DNA of 64,000 bases from Nitrososphaerales archaeon. Lineage in GTDB: Archaea; Thermoproteota; Nitrososphaeria; Nitrososphaerales; UBA213. Under the pieces are notes generated by a model, which saw only the letters and a program-made list of their open reading frames with translations, did no database searches and had not been told where the DNA came from. A program made the position numbers and the translations under genes. This document shows positions 33,908 to 43,178 of this stretch, piece by piece. The stretch's first letter is position 1. Each line of letters starts with the position of its first letter. The stretch lies in assembly GCA_965197925.1 (NCBI GenBank), contig CBDAOC010000019.1, positions 32,001 to 96,000 on the forward strand, given 5' to 3'.

Positions 33908-35156
33908 ATTTGAACAGCTTTAAAACAGCCTTCATAAGTTCTTTATCGTCGTATTCCGAAGCCTTTCTAAAAGTATCCATGGGATTTGAGAGAATTCCTT
34001 CTACGATCGCATGGCTTAGCTGTTCTACAACTTTCTTTTGTTTCTCATCTAGATCACCGAGAATCTGCAAAGCCTTCCCTAACTCTCTTTCACGAATATT
34101 ATGAACTTTCTTGAATAGTGTATCCACCACGGCGTCAGCTTCTAATCTCTTCAACCTTGCTTCTACTGAATACACTCCATCCTCTATGATTCTTTCTGCA
34201 TCCTTCACCTCTTTCATCCTTACATTCATGTTCCTTTCGACCAACGATGAAACATCATCTATGTTAATCAAATGCAGATTCTTCAATGCAGCAGCTTTCT
34301 CATCCACAGTTCTGGGACTGGATAGGTCTATAATGACCATTGGCGTGTGCCTATCACGCATAGCATCCTTCGCTCTTTCAAAAGTAATAAGGAAGTAAGG
34401 CGCGGTGGTTGCAACGAACAGAACATCAATTTCCTCCAACATCTCAAGTGCATTATCAAATGGAATTGGTTTACCCCCGGCAGCCCCAGAGAATGATCTT
34501 GCTCGTTCTAACGTTCTGCTGGTAACCATAAAGTCGATCCCTCGCGTATTCAATGTCTTTGCAACTAGACTCGCAGCTTCACCAGACCCTATGATCATTA
34601 CCTTCTTGCCATTAAGACTATTCATATGTTCTTCAGCAAGTTTAACCGCCATAGAACCGTATGATACAGTTCCTTTGTTGATGCTTGTACTCGATCTAAC
34701 CCTACCTCCTATTTTTATTGCATTGTCAAACAAAAGCCCAAGAAATGAACCAGCAAATCGATTCTTCTTTGCAGAATCAAAAGCACGCTTCACCTGACCA
34801 AGGATTTGATCCTCTCCTATGACTAGTGAATCCAAGCCTGAAGCAAGTTTCATTAAATGCAGCACGGCTTCTTTTCCTGCACTAATCTCCACATGATCTT
34901 CAAATAATTCACTTTTGAAGCCAACACTCTTGGCCCAGGAATCTACAACGTTTTTATGATCTAAATTATCCGTTGCAATATAGACTTCGACCCTGTTACA
35001 TGTCTGCACGATAACACATTCCTTAGATCCATTTGTTTTGAATGATTGATATGCAGCTTCGAGTTCCTTAAAGGTGAACTTCTCGAGTAGATGTATAGAA
35101 GTTTTCCTATACGTCACCCTTGCATTGATCACATGAAGATCGTTCATCATTGCCAT
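33897..35156 (-). CDS. hemA: Glutamyl-tRNA reductase
   Basis: TCNRVEVY, SGLDSLVIGEDQILGQVK, IGSGE, DLSSPR. Confidence 0.96.
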   Translation of the reverse strand: MAMMNDLHVINARVTYRKTSIHLLEKFTFKELEAAYQSFKTNGSKECVIVQTCNRVEVYIATDNLDHKNVVDSWAKSVGFKSELFEDHVEISAGKEAVLHLMKLASGLDSLVIGEDQILGQVKRAFDSAKKNRFAGSFLGLLFDNAIKIGGRVRSSTSINKGTVSYGSMAVKLAEEHMNSLNGKKVMIIGSGEAASLVAKTLNTRGIDFMVTSRTLERARSFSGAAGGKPIPFDNALEMLEEIDVLFVATTAPYFLITFERAKDAMRDRHTPMVIIDLSSPRTVDEKAAALKNLHLINIDDVSSLVERNMNVRMKEVKDAERIIEDGVYSVEARLKRLEADAVVDTLFKKVHNIRERELGKALQILGDLDEKQKKVVEQLSHAIVEGILSNPMDTFRKASEYDDKELMKAVLKLFKYER

Positions 35157-35812
35157 TTCTCCAGTATCTCTATTGCGGTACTTTTAGCATCATCAAAGTT
35201 CTTACTCTTAATGAGGCTATTAATTTTCTTATCTTTAATTACAGAATAAAGATACTTCTTTCTAGCATTTGAGTCTTTAAGTACACCCCTAGCGGCACCT
35301 CTTGCGAAATTGGCCAACTTTACATATTCAACATCTTCTTTCCTAATCAGTCTCCTTAGAGTACTCTCCGCCTTTATTCTTAAAATTCTAGCCATTGCGG
35401 GGCTCTTCCCTTTAGTAGAAATTGCAACAAACACTGTATCATCAATGTTTATGATCGACAAGTAGGTAAGATCGCTAACTACTGGATCATCGGCTGCATA
35501 AGCAAATGCACCTATCTTCTTTGCTTTATTCACGAGTTCTCTATTCAGTGAGCGATCATTTGTACATGCAAGAAGTAGGAAGGGTTTCTCAAACTTGTCG
35601 ATTAAATCAGCGTCTTTCAATGTTGTTTTGACAATATCTATCTTGCCCTCATTAGCGAGTTCGAGGAGAAATTTATTTAACCTATTACTCACAACCATTA
35701 TCTTGCAATTCTGTCCCAAAAGCGATTTTACCTTCCTAGTGCCTTCGATGCCTCCACCGATGACTATAACCAGCTTACCAACAATATTCAGGTCTACTAT
35801 CAACCTATTCAC
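35147..35812 (-). CDS. Precorrin-2 dehydrogenase / sirohydrochlorin ferrochelatase (SirC/Met8-like)
   Basis: VIGGG.EG.RK, TND..LN, AISTKGKSPAMAR. Confidence 0.88.
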   Translation of the reverse strand: MNRLIVDLNIVGKLVIVIGGGIEGTRKVKSLLGQNCKIMVVSNRLNKFLLELANEGKIDIVKTTLKDADLIDKFEKPFLLLACTNDRSLNRELVNKAKKIGAFAYAADDPVVSDLTYLSIINIDDTVFVAISTKGKSPAMARILRIKAESTLRRLIRKEDVEYVKLANFARGAARGVLKDSNARKKYLYSVIKDKKINSLIKSKNFDDAKSTAIEILEKWQ

Positions 35813-36106
35813 CGAGATGGGCTAGCGTGTGTTTGTAAGGTATTTATACATTCTACTTGTTTAAAAAAACAGGTTTAGAATTGAGTTATATAACTCATAG
35901 ATAACAACTAGATAACACAAATTCATCATTAATACCTTCGTAGAGGAATAAACCTAAACCCAGATTTAACAAATAATTCCTAGATACTATCCGTTATCAT
36001 TTCTACTAAACTCAACCACCAGATAGAATTTTGTGACATGCTCCAAGTTAATTCTTAATAGAAAATTCTTAATAGAAAAGACATTTTTATAAACTTACTA
36101 GAGGAA

Positions 36107-36325
36107 TTGAAGACTGGATTGGAACGTTCAAGAATTAGAAAGAACATAAAGATAGGTGCAAGAGTAAAAATAGTTGAAAAACAGAATCAAAAAATAGGAA
36201 AACTAACTGAAGGAATTGTAAAAGAAATTCTAACTCATTCTTCTGAACATCCATACGGAATTAAGATCATGCTAGAAAGTGGTGCCATTGGACGTGTGAA
36301 AGAAATTGTAGATCTACATAGTTAA
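36107..36325 (+). CDS. YwbE (DUF2196) family protein
   Basis: V.IVEKQ.QK.GKLTEG.VKEILT.S..HPYGIK..L..G.IGRV. Confidence 0.8.
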   Translation: MKTGLERSRIRKNIKIGARVKIVEKQNQKIGKLTEGIVKEILTHSSEHPYGIKIMLESGAIGRVKEIVDLHS

Positions 36326-36328
36326 AGC

Positions 36329-36517
36329 ATGTCGGACAGCAAATCAAGTACGCTAGAAAAAACTATACAAGCTGGAGATGGCCTAACAATAGAATACAAA
36401 TCCTCTTTCAAATATGATATAAATAGATTTAAATCCACTGGTGTTAAGACACAAAACAAGTTTGTGGAAAAAGAGTCTCGATATCATTACTATTGGGAAC
36501 GAAATCGAATAAAGTAA
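36329..36517 (+). pseudogene. Fragment of a Schlafen/AlbA_2-like domain protein
   Basis: I.AGDGLTIEYKSSFKYD N-terminal motif, then premature end. Confidence 0.5.
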
Positions 36518-36791
36518 AGATTAGTCAATTCACCTTTATCATAAATTTCATAATATTGAAAGATTACACCATATCACAACATGTGTGGGAGGTCAAGGGT
36601 GTACTCATACCCTTCACCTGAGAACCCTTTCTAGTATTATCCCCTGAATGGGGAAACAGAGGGAATTGGATGAAGGGATATAAGTATTGCAACGAACAAA
36701 ACAGAAAGTGTCAGGTAAATATGCAGACGAAAAGGCAGATCTAAACCCTAGGTCATGGTTATAAAAATATCGTCAAACTTCTATCCGTTAC

Positions 36792-37310
36792 ATGATAAAA
36801 ATGGCACTTTTTTATCATGGTCTTAGTTACATTCTTGCACTCATTGGAGTAGTTATAGCTCAGCAGGTTATTCCGGAGTACGAAGCGCCTCTTATTCCGC
36901 TTACGTTAGCTGATGCTCTAAGTGCGGGACCATTTGAGGAGAGAATATTTTTTGGCATACCATTTTATGCAACAGGTAAGCATTATGAAGTTTTGGGAAT
37001 GGGAATTGTTTGGGCATCAGGCCATATACTAAATACAGAAATTCTTGAATTGAGTAATTTAGCTTACGAAAACTTGTCGTTTGTTATACCTACGATATTC
37101 TTCGGTCTTAGAACTTGGGCTAGCGGAAAGGGTTGGTTTGCTATCATAGTGCATTCTTCGTGGAATGATACTATCTTTGGTATGTTATATGTTGCTGGTG
37201 AAATTCAATGCAGTGTCTTTAGAAATAATGTGGAGGTCCTTGTTATAGAAATAGGTACTATCGTATCAAGCGGTGTACTTTTAGCAATAACATACAAATT
37301 ATATCTATAG
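36792..37310 (+). CDS. CPBP (Abi/CAAX) family intramembrane protease-like protein
   Basis: AGPFEERIFFG, WASGH, AIIVHSSWND. Confidence 0.65.
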   Translation: MIKMALFYHGLSYILALIGVVIAQQVIPEYEAPLIPLTLADALSAGPFEERIFFGIPFYATGKHYEVLGMGIVWASGHILNTEILELSNLAYENLSFVIPTIFFGLRTWASGKGWFAIIVHSSWNDTIFGMLYVAGEIQCSVFRNNVEVLVIEIGTIVSSGVLLAITYKLYL

Positions 37311-37805
37311 AGACGAGATCGGGGGGGGAAAACCTTGACAGTGTTTAATTTTACTAAACTAACTCTCTATTTTATAACATAAACAATTTGCTATAAACTC
37401 ATTGCATAATATATGGAGCTTCATAATAGCGCATTCTCCACTTACCTTTCCTTGCATCCATTCCTTATAGCCTTGGATAGATTCCGGACCCATAGGCACC
37501 AATAATGAAGAACAACAATTATCTCAGGAAAGAACTGACGCTTGGCTCAAGCTTTTTTCGATGCCTAAATTTCATAGTCATTGTTCAGGTCATGCCAGGG
37601 GAAGTCATTTGCTTATGTCGGTTTCAGAATTAGGGGCAAAAACACTAATCCTATTCATACTTGATATCCAAGTGAACAAAACAATCTCAAAGAATTTAGT
37701 TCTGGTTGAAGAGAGGAAAAGATATAATTTATCATAAGCATACAAAGAGAAACCATTCTCGAGTAAGAAAAAAATTCAGGTGAAGCTAAATCAGAAAAAT
37801 AAGGG

Positions 37806-37955
37806 TCAATTACTGTGTCCACAACCGCAACCTCCCATGCCACCGTGATCGTCATGACCACGACCTTCAGAACAGGTTGGACATGTCTTGGTATCGGTTT
37901 CGGACATGAATGTTGTGCCACATGTAACGCATTTTACTTTTTGTATGCCTTCCAT
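37806..37955 (-). CDS. 49-aa zinc-ribbon microprotein with His/Cys/Gly tail (not in ORF track)
   Basis: MEGIQKVKCVTCGTTFMSETDTKTCPTCSEGRGHDDHGGMGGCGCGHSN. Confidence 0.7.
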   Translation of the reverse strand: MEGIQKVKCVTCGTTFMSETDTKTCPTCSEGRGHDDHGGMGGCGCGHSN

Positions 37956-38159
37956 TAACTTACTCAATCTGTTGGCACTATTAAACTATTCGCTGGGATT
38001 GGCTTTACTTTTTGTATGCCTTCTCGCTATTCCTATAAAGTGAATAGTGTAATTACTGATATGACATGTGGATATCTATGAGAAGTTTATGAAGATATTA
38101 CCAGTATTGGTTATAGCAACAACATTCTAAATTATTAGCGAATATTTTATGTATAAGTT

Positions 38160-38465
38160 GTGGTTAAGAAAAACATGTCTTTAGAACCTAAGGCAAGGGA
38201 TGTGTTAGACCAGTTGATCGATAGTGCAATCAGATACTTGCCAAAGAATTTGAAAATTACTCGTGATGCAAAGGATAGATTGAAGTACGAGCATGATGCC
38301 GAGGTCTTCTTCGGTATGGTTTGGGGCTCAGTCTTGGTAGGCTTTCAAGGTTATATGTCGCAGTTTTTCGGTAGGCAACCAACAGATAAAGAATTTAAGG
38401 AGCTTGTTGATGTTTTTACAGCACGGGCACAGCAAGTAAAAACTAAAATTTCTACTTCCGATTAA
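38160..38465 (+). CDS. Hypothetical protein
   Basis: 101-aa helical-looking ORF. Confidence 0.6.
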   Translation: MVKKNMSLEPKARDVLDQLIDSAIRYLPKNLKITRDAKDRLKYEHDAEVFFGMVWGSVLVGFQGYMSQFFGRQPTDKEFKELVDVFTARAQQVKTKISTSD

Positions 38466-38673
38466 AATGGAAAAATCAAGAGAAATTCTGAGTGTGTGGA
38501 GAAATTAACCAATAAGGACCTTCATACACAGCATAATACAATCTTATAAAGAGAATCCAAACACTGACGTAATGGAGGCAATAGGACCTTGTACAAGAAA
38601 AGAAGCGAGAATTTGTAAATTATTATGAAGACATTAAAATTTGTCCAGTCATTAAAGTGTGAAGTACATAATC

Positions 38674-40221
38674 TCATTTCTTGGAACGACGGGCCGAGTT
38701 TCCGACGGCAGTAAGAAACATAATGCTCTTGCCTTCTGCATGGGGTGAGAAAAATTCTGTTACAGGATCATCATAAAATGTTATACCCGAAGCACCAAGG
38801 TTTAAGGCATAGGCTGCAAGGTATAGTTTCCCCCCTGTGATAGCTGCTTCTAATTGCGCAACGCGATAGCCTCGATCACCAAGACGTTCTAACGCACTTT
38901 TTAAATCAGTTAGAAAGTAAACGTTCACTGAGGCGTCGCCGGCCAAATCCTGACCTAAATCCAGAAAGCGCGCTTCTTCACGAAAATTCCCTTTTTCTAA
39001 GAGTTCTAAAGCCCGATTTTCTCGATGCAACATATAGCTACCACTTTCTAGTCCGTTAACATCATTGACAATGAGGTATATGTCGTTCAGGTAGCCGCCA
39101 TTTCCTAAACAATCAAACGGTGTACCATGAGTGGAGGCGTCTAGAATTGTAGAAATTTCTTGGAAAGTAATTGGAGTTGGATGAAACTTACGTATCGATC
39201 CACGTTTAGTAATTACTTTCTCAATTGACTCAACAGGTTGATCTTTAGTGACAGGTTTTAACTGAACCAATTTTCCTTTTGGTGGAACCTTGGCGTAAGA
39301 TAGCGGGGACTCACGCCATTTATCCACTTCGGCACTGCTAGATAGATTCGAAGCAGTGTGAGTAGCAGATACTACAGTATAGTTTATCTGTGATTCTGAT
39401 AGTGGAATTGTTTTTAGATTTAGAGGCTCAATTCGCTTGACATCAGTAGGACACATAGAAGGCGCATAGCCCAAAGGGACCAAGCTCATTGTTGCCTCGA
39501 ATTTACTATCAATGTCCAAAAGACTATTCACCTCATCATCAACAAAACCCATAACCAGTTTTGTAGGCAAGTTTAACGCACTTGCTTCTGCCAACGTGTT
39601 AGCCAATATTGTACCATTATCCCAGAAACAATGACGATATGTACGATCATTATACTTCCAACTATTTCGCCAAAACGTACTTGTGAATGCTATAGTAACA
39701 GGTGCGTCTATGATAGAAGTTTCCTTGCCCGTAGCATTCGCCAACGTTCCTCGATAGTCACCATCTCTAATACGGTTTAATTTCATGTCAGGAAAGCGAA
39801 CATCAAAATGATAAACGCCTGCCTTTAAATCGGGCAACTCACCACAAATTGCGTAAAGATCAATGTGATAGAGAGCACCTGTACATGCAGCGGCCCGGAA
39901 TGGATGAAATTGATCTCCGTAATTAATGACTTTGGTAATACCAGCTGAAAAATATAGAACTTGACTTAATTCTTGCAGAGTAGGCACGCGGTCTCGGTCA
40001 CATGATATTTTATTGGACGATATTGCATCAAGGGCAGTAATTCCAAATACGCTAATTTTGTCCGGGAACAGAATTTGTTCTACTCGTTCATCATTATAAA
40101 TCTTATAAGGAATTGGCTTCATTCTTGGATCCAAAGCATATGGATAGGACCCATGTCCATATGGTGAGTGTTTTGTAAAGTTGTGATATTTTAGTGCCAC
40201 ACTTGTATCATCATTCTTCAT
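38674..40221 (-). CDS. SagB/ThcOx-family (nitroreductase-fold) dehydrogenase, two domains
   Basis: YH..TKH, RAAACTGALY, WRNSWKY.DRTYRHCFWD.G, R.SIRKF, DRGYR.AQLEA...G.LYL.A; start MKNDD likely. Confidence 0.85.
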   Translation of the reverse strand: MKNDDTSVALKYHNFTKHSPYGHGSYPYALDPRMKPIPYKIYNDERVEQILFPDKISVFGITALDAISSNKISCDRDRVPTLQELSQVLYFSAGITKVINYGDQFHPFRAAACTGALYHIDLYAICGELPDLKAGVYHFDVRFPDMKLNRIRDGDYRGTLANATGKETSIIDAPVTIAFTSTFWRNSWKYNDRTYRHCFWDNGTILANTLAEASALNLPTKLVMGFVDDEVNSLLDIDSKFEATMSLVPLGYAPSMCPTDVKRIEPLNLKTIPLSESQINYTVVSATHTASNLSSSAEVDKWRESPLSYAKVPPKGKLVQLKPVTKDQPVESIEKVITKRGSIRKFHPTPITFQEISTILDASTHGTPFDCLGNGGYLNDIYLIVNDVNGLESGSYMLHRENRALELLEKGNFREEARFLDLGQDLAGDASVNVYFLTDLKSALERLGDRGYRVAQLEAAITGGKLYLAAYALNLGASGITFYDDPVTEFFSPHAEGKSIMFLTAVGNSARRSKK

Positions 40222-40351
40222 TCCAACTCTCCTAAAGTGAACAAGTATCAAAACTATTTATAACATTACTTCATGGGAAAGTGTTGTCAAAGCCGGAGTG
40301 GCTATGTAGTGCTTGAACAAATGTATGCCTTACCGTAGTAAAGAGTACTTA

Positions 40352-40408
40352 GAGCCTATCTTAAAATTAACATCATAGCCTAATTGTTTATACCGAAACA
40401 GATCTAGA
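40352..40408 (+). mobile_element. Isolated left end of IS family A, ending at the centre of its palindrome
   Basis: TTA-GAGCCTATCTTAAAATTAACATCATAGCC...GAAACAGATCTAGA, then element 2 begins. Confidence 0.9.
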
Positions 40409-40488
40409 ATAGTACTATTAGCATTTTACAGGCACGGTATTTTATGTTTACCATAAAATAGGGCATAAAATAGCACGAGTTTTCAATT

Positions 40489-40613
40489 TAGGTAGCACAC
40501 CTAGGTAGCACACCTAGGTTTACAAAAAGGTGTGTACTAGGTAGCACACACACCTTTACGTAAAAGTGTGCTACCTAAAATGCCCTAATAGTACTGCGCT
40601 AGCGCAGCACTAT
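40489..40613. repeat. Origin-like iteron and hairpin array of element 2
   Basis: TAGGTAGCACAC at 40489, 40502, 40538 and inverted at 40566; hairpin ATAGTACTGCGCTAGCGCAGCACTAT at 40588-40613. Confidence 0.75.
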
Positions 40614-40759
40614 GATGTATTAAAAGTAAAGTAATAAGTCAATAATATTTACATTTTTCGAGGGGTAGCCAGACGATACGAAGGACCGAGGTCCCTATAT
40701 ACATATAGTATATTATTACTGTTTAAAGATTCAACGTCATATACTCCCCTCCCTATACC

Positions 40760-41047
40760 ATGGGCTTACTACAGATACTCACTACTGCACTACAGCAATA
40801 CAGGCAGGGTATAGTATTCGCTATCCAGCAGGGTAAGGTATATGATATTATGCTATATATCAACTCAATGAACAGCGTCCTACCAAAACAGTCACGATGC
40901 AAACTACCCAAGCCACCAAGCAGGGATAACACAAGACCGTCGTCAATGAGCACCGCACAATGGGAGTGGGCTAATGAGGCACTGCCAAAACTTGAGGACA
41001 CGATCAGCGAATACCTACAGAGCACATTCAAGGATATGGAACTATGA
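40760..41047 (+). CDS. Small element protein coupled to the ATPase
   Basis: Homologue of 9346..9633. Confidence 0.8.
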   Translation: MGLLQILTTALQQYRQGIVFAIQQGKVYDIMLYINSMNSVLPKQSRCKLPKPPSRDNTRPSSMSTAQWEWANEALPKLEDTISEYLQSTFKDMEL

Positions 41048-42060
41048 GCGAACAACAACAAAAACACTACAGCGAGAGAACCACGACACTGCTAGGCATC
41101 CCCATCCTTCAAAAACACTCACCTAACCCCGTAGTCAACAATATCCTTAACCATAACTCGTTAAGCGGATATACGGGCATACTATCGATAGGACATAGCG
41201 GCTCAGGCAAAACTACGATAGTTTCCTTGTTATCCCACTTATTACACGAAAAACAAAACTTTGCGGTCTATGATTACGGGGCGGATGAACTGATGGACGT
41301 TAATAACATCATAAAAAAAATGCCAAAAGCACCGTCAATACTGAAATTCGATGATGCCAGCTACACTTTTGCGTCAATGTCTGAACCTGAGCGCAACAAG
41401 CTAGCGTCAGGCCTTACGACGATCAGGCATGAGGTTAAGAATCCAGTGATAGTGTTTATGAATATCCACTACAGCAAGGCACTCGAAAAATTCTTCAGGG
41501 ACACGGATTTCAAGATTCTCACATCAATATCGGATGAAGAAATGGATAACTTCCAAAAATTGTTTGGATTTAAAAACACAATGAAACTACATAGATTCAC
41601 CAGGCTATATCGCTCAATGATGCTGCGAAAAAAATTCATTATAGGCAAGTACACCTATTCCACACACAAACCATTCCGCATTGCATTGATTAGCGAATTG
41701 GGTAAACTGCATGGAGTTCTTTATTATCGTGATGCATGTAACAAATGCGTCAAGGATTTTCATACGGAAGAAATGCCCGCAAGGGATCTAGTGGATAAAT
41801 TACTTGCAGAAAATGGCAGGGATAAGACACGGTCATGCCTACGGTGGTATCTATATTTCAATCAGAATCGGAACACTGCAATTGACAGCAGGACACGTTC
41901 AGTATTCAATACGATAAACAAGTATGCACATGAATGCAAAATCGATTGGGATGAGATGGAAAAAATAATACATGAGGAATTATTCCGTGAAAGAAAAAAA
42001 CGACATGAAACACTGGTCAAGGTAACACATGAAAAGAAAACCGTGGATGATGCGGCTTGA
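41044..42060 (+). CDS. P-loop ATPase, probable packaging/morphogenesis type
   Basis: GHSGSGKT, ILKFDD, IRH; homologue of 8330..9349. Confidence 0.7.
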   Translation: MSEQQQKHYSERTTTLLGIPILQKHSPNPVVNNILNHNSLSGYTGILSIGHSGSGKTTIVSLLSHLLHEKQNFAVYDYGADELMDVNNIIKKMPKAPSILKFDDASYTFASMSEPERNKLASGLTTIRHEVKNPVIVFMNIHYSKALEKFFRDTDFKILTSISDEEMDNFQKLFGFKNTMKLHRFTRLYRSMMLRKKFIIGKYTYSTHKPFRIALISELGKLHGVLYYRDACNKCVKDFHTEEMPARDLVDKLLAENGRDKTRSCLRWYLYFNQNRNTAIDSRTRSVFNTINKYAHECKIDWDEMEKIIHEELFRERKKRHETLVKVTHEKKTVDDAA

Positions 42061-42146
42061 TACCAGTCTTAACAACTCTTATCCAATGGCGAGCGGAATA
42101 AAATCCTAAATTCCAACGTCATAACCCTACAAATGATTGGTAGGAC

Positions 42147-43178
42147 ATGCTGAATGTCAACATCCCAGTCATAAAAAATAAGTACGTCATCATATTGACG
42201 GTCCTTACACCGATCATTTTTCTCAAGGCGATAATAATCCTCTCACATCCAACATGTATTGGTTATGACTGTAGTACCTATATCAGAATACTTGAGCATC
42301 CTGAAGAATGGCAGAAAAGGCACGGACTCATCGAACCACTGTTTTTCGTCATTGCAAAACCATTGATGTTATTATCCAGTCCTGATGACACCATAAAAAT
42401 AATACAGTTTGGTGCACATGCCAATCTTGCAGTCGGCACGTTCATCCTGATGCGCAAGCAGTTTGGCATGAATTCCGCAATAATTGGTACATTGCTGGTG
42501 AGTTTCATCGCACCAATGAACGTGTATGTAACGGAATTGGTACGCAACATGATTTCATTGAGCATTTTTCCATACGTCCTTTACTTCATTTGTAATAATA
42601 AAAATGAAACACCAAGACAACATGCCTACATCCTGATATTATGCGCTCTAATGCTATTCGCACACAGATCATCAATCGTACTCATTGGAGCAATAGGCAT
42701 CTACATGATCTGGCGACATAGGAAGTCAATATTACATATCCCAATAATCGTGGTATTGCTGGCGGCTGTAATTGGTTACGGCCTGGCGATACAGACCACC
42801 AGTTCGGCAGCAGGAAGCCCGACACCAGGACATAATCTAATCCTGTTGTTGCTACCGTATTTATGGGTCCTGGTCCCGATATTCAAGACAAGGCTCCACC
42901 ATCATTGGATGGTTAAAATTTTACTGCTCTCAGTAATTCCCTCATTGGTAATATTCCCATTTGTAGGATTCAGCATGGCACAGCGATTGATAATGGAGAC
43001 ATACCTACCATTCACCTACATGCTGGTCATCTTTATGTCAACGTTATTTGAGGGGAGGACACCATCATCAATAAGATCGTCACACCTACGAATAATTGCG
43101 ATCACATTACTATTCGTATTGCTTATCATTGATACCCCTATCTCACTAACATTCCTGATCACCAGGTATGGTCGGTGA
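42147..43178 (+). CDS. Polytopic membrane protein, GT-C-fold glycosyltransferase-like
   Basis: TM1 followed by loop GYDCSTY...EPLFF; about 9-10 TM; conserved-looking H and R at helix ends. Confidence 0.5.
   Translation: MLNVNIPVIKNKYVIILTVLTPIIFLKAIIILSHPTCIGYDCSTYIRILEHPEEWQKRHGLIEPLFFVIAKPLMLLSSPDDTIKIIQFGAHANLAVGTFILMRKQFGMNSAIIGTLLVSFIAPMNVYVTELVRNMISLSIFPYVLYFICNNKNETPRQHAYILILCALMLFAHRSSIVLIGAIGIYMIWRHRKSILHIPIIVVLLAAVIGYGLAIQTTSSAAGSPTPGHNLILLLLPYLWVLVPIFKTRLHHHWMVKILLLSVIPSLVIFPFVGFSMAQRLIMETYLPFTYMLVIFMSTLFEGRTPSSIRSSHLRIIAITLLFVLLIIDTPISLTFLITRYGR

Noticed and set aside
37655..37921. 88-aa ORF from the track
   Set aside because: The overlapping 49-aa frame with two CxxC motifs is the more plausible gene
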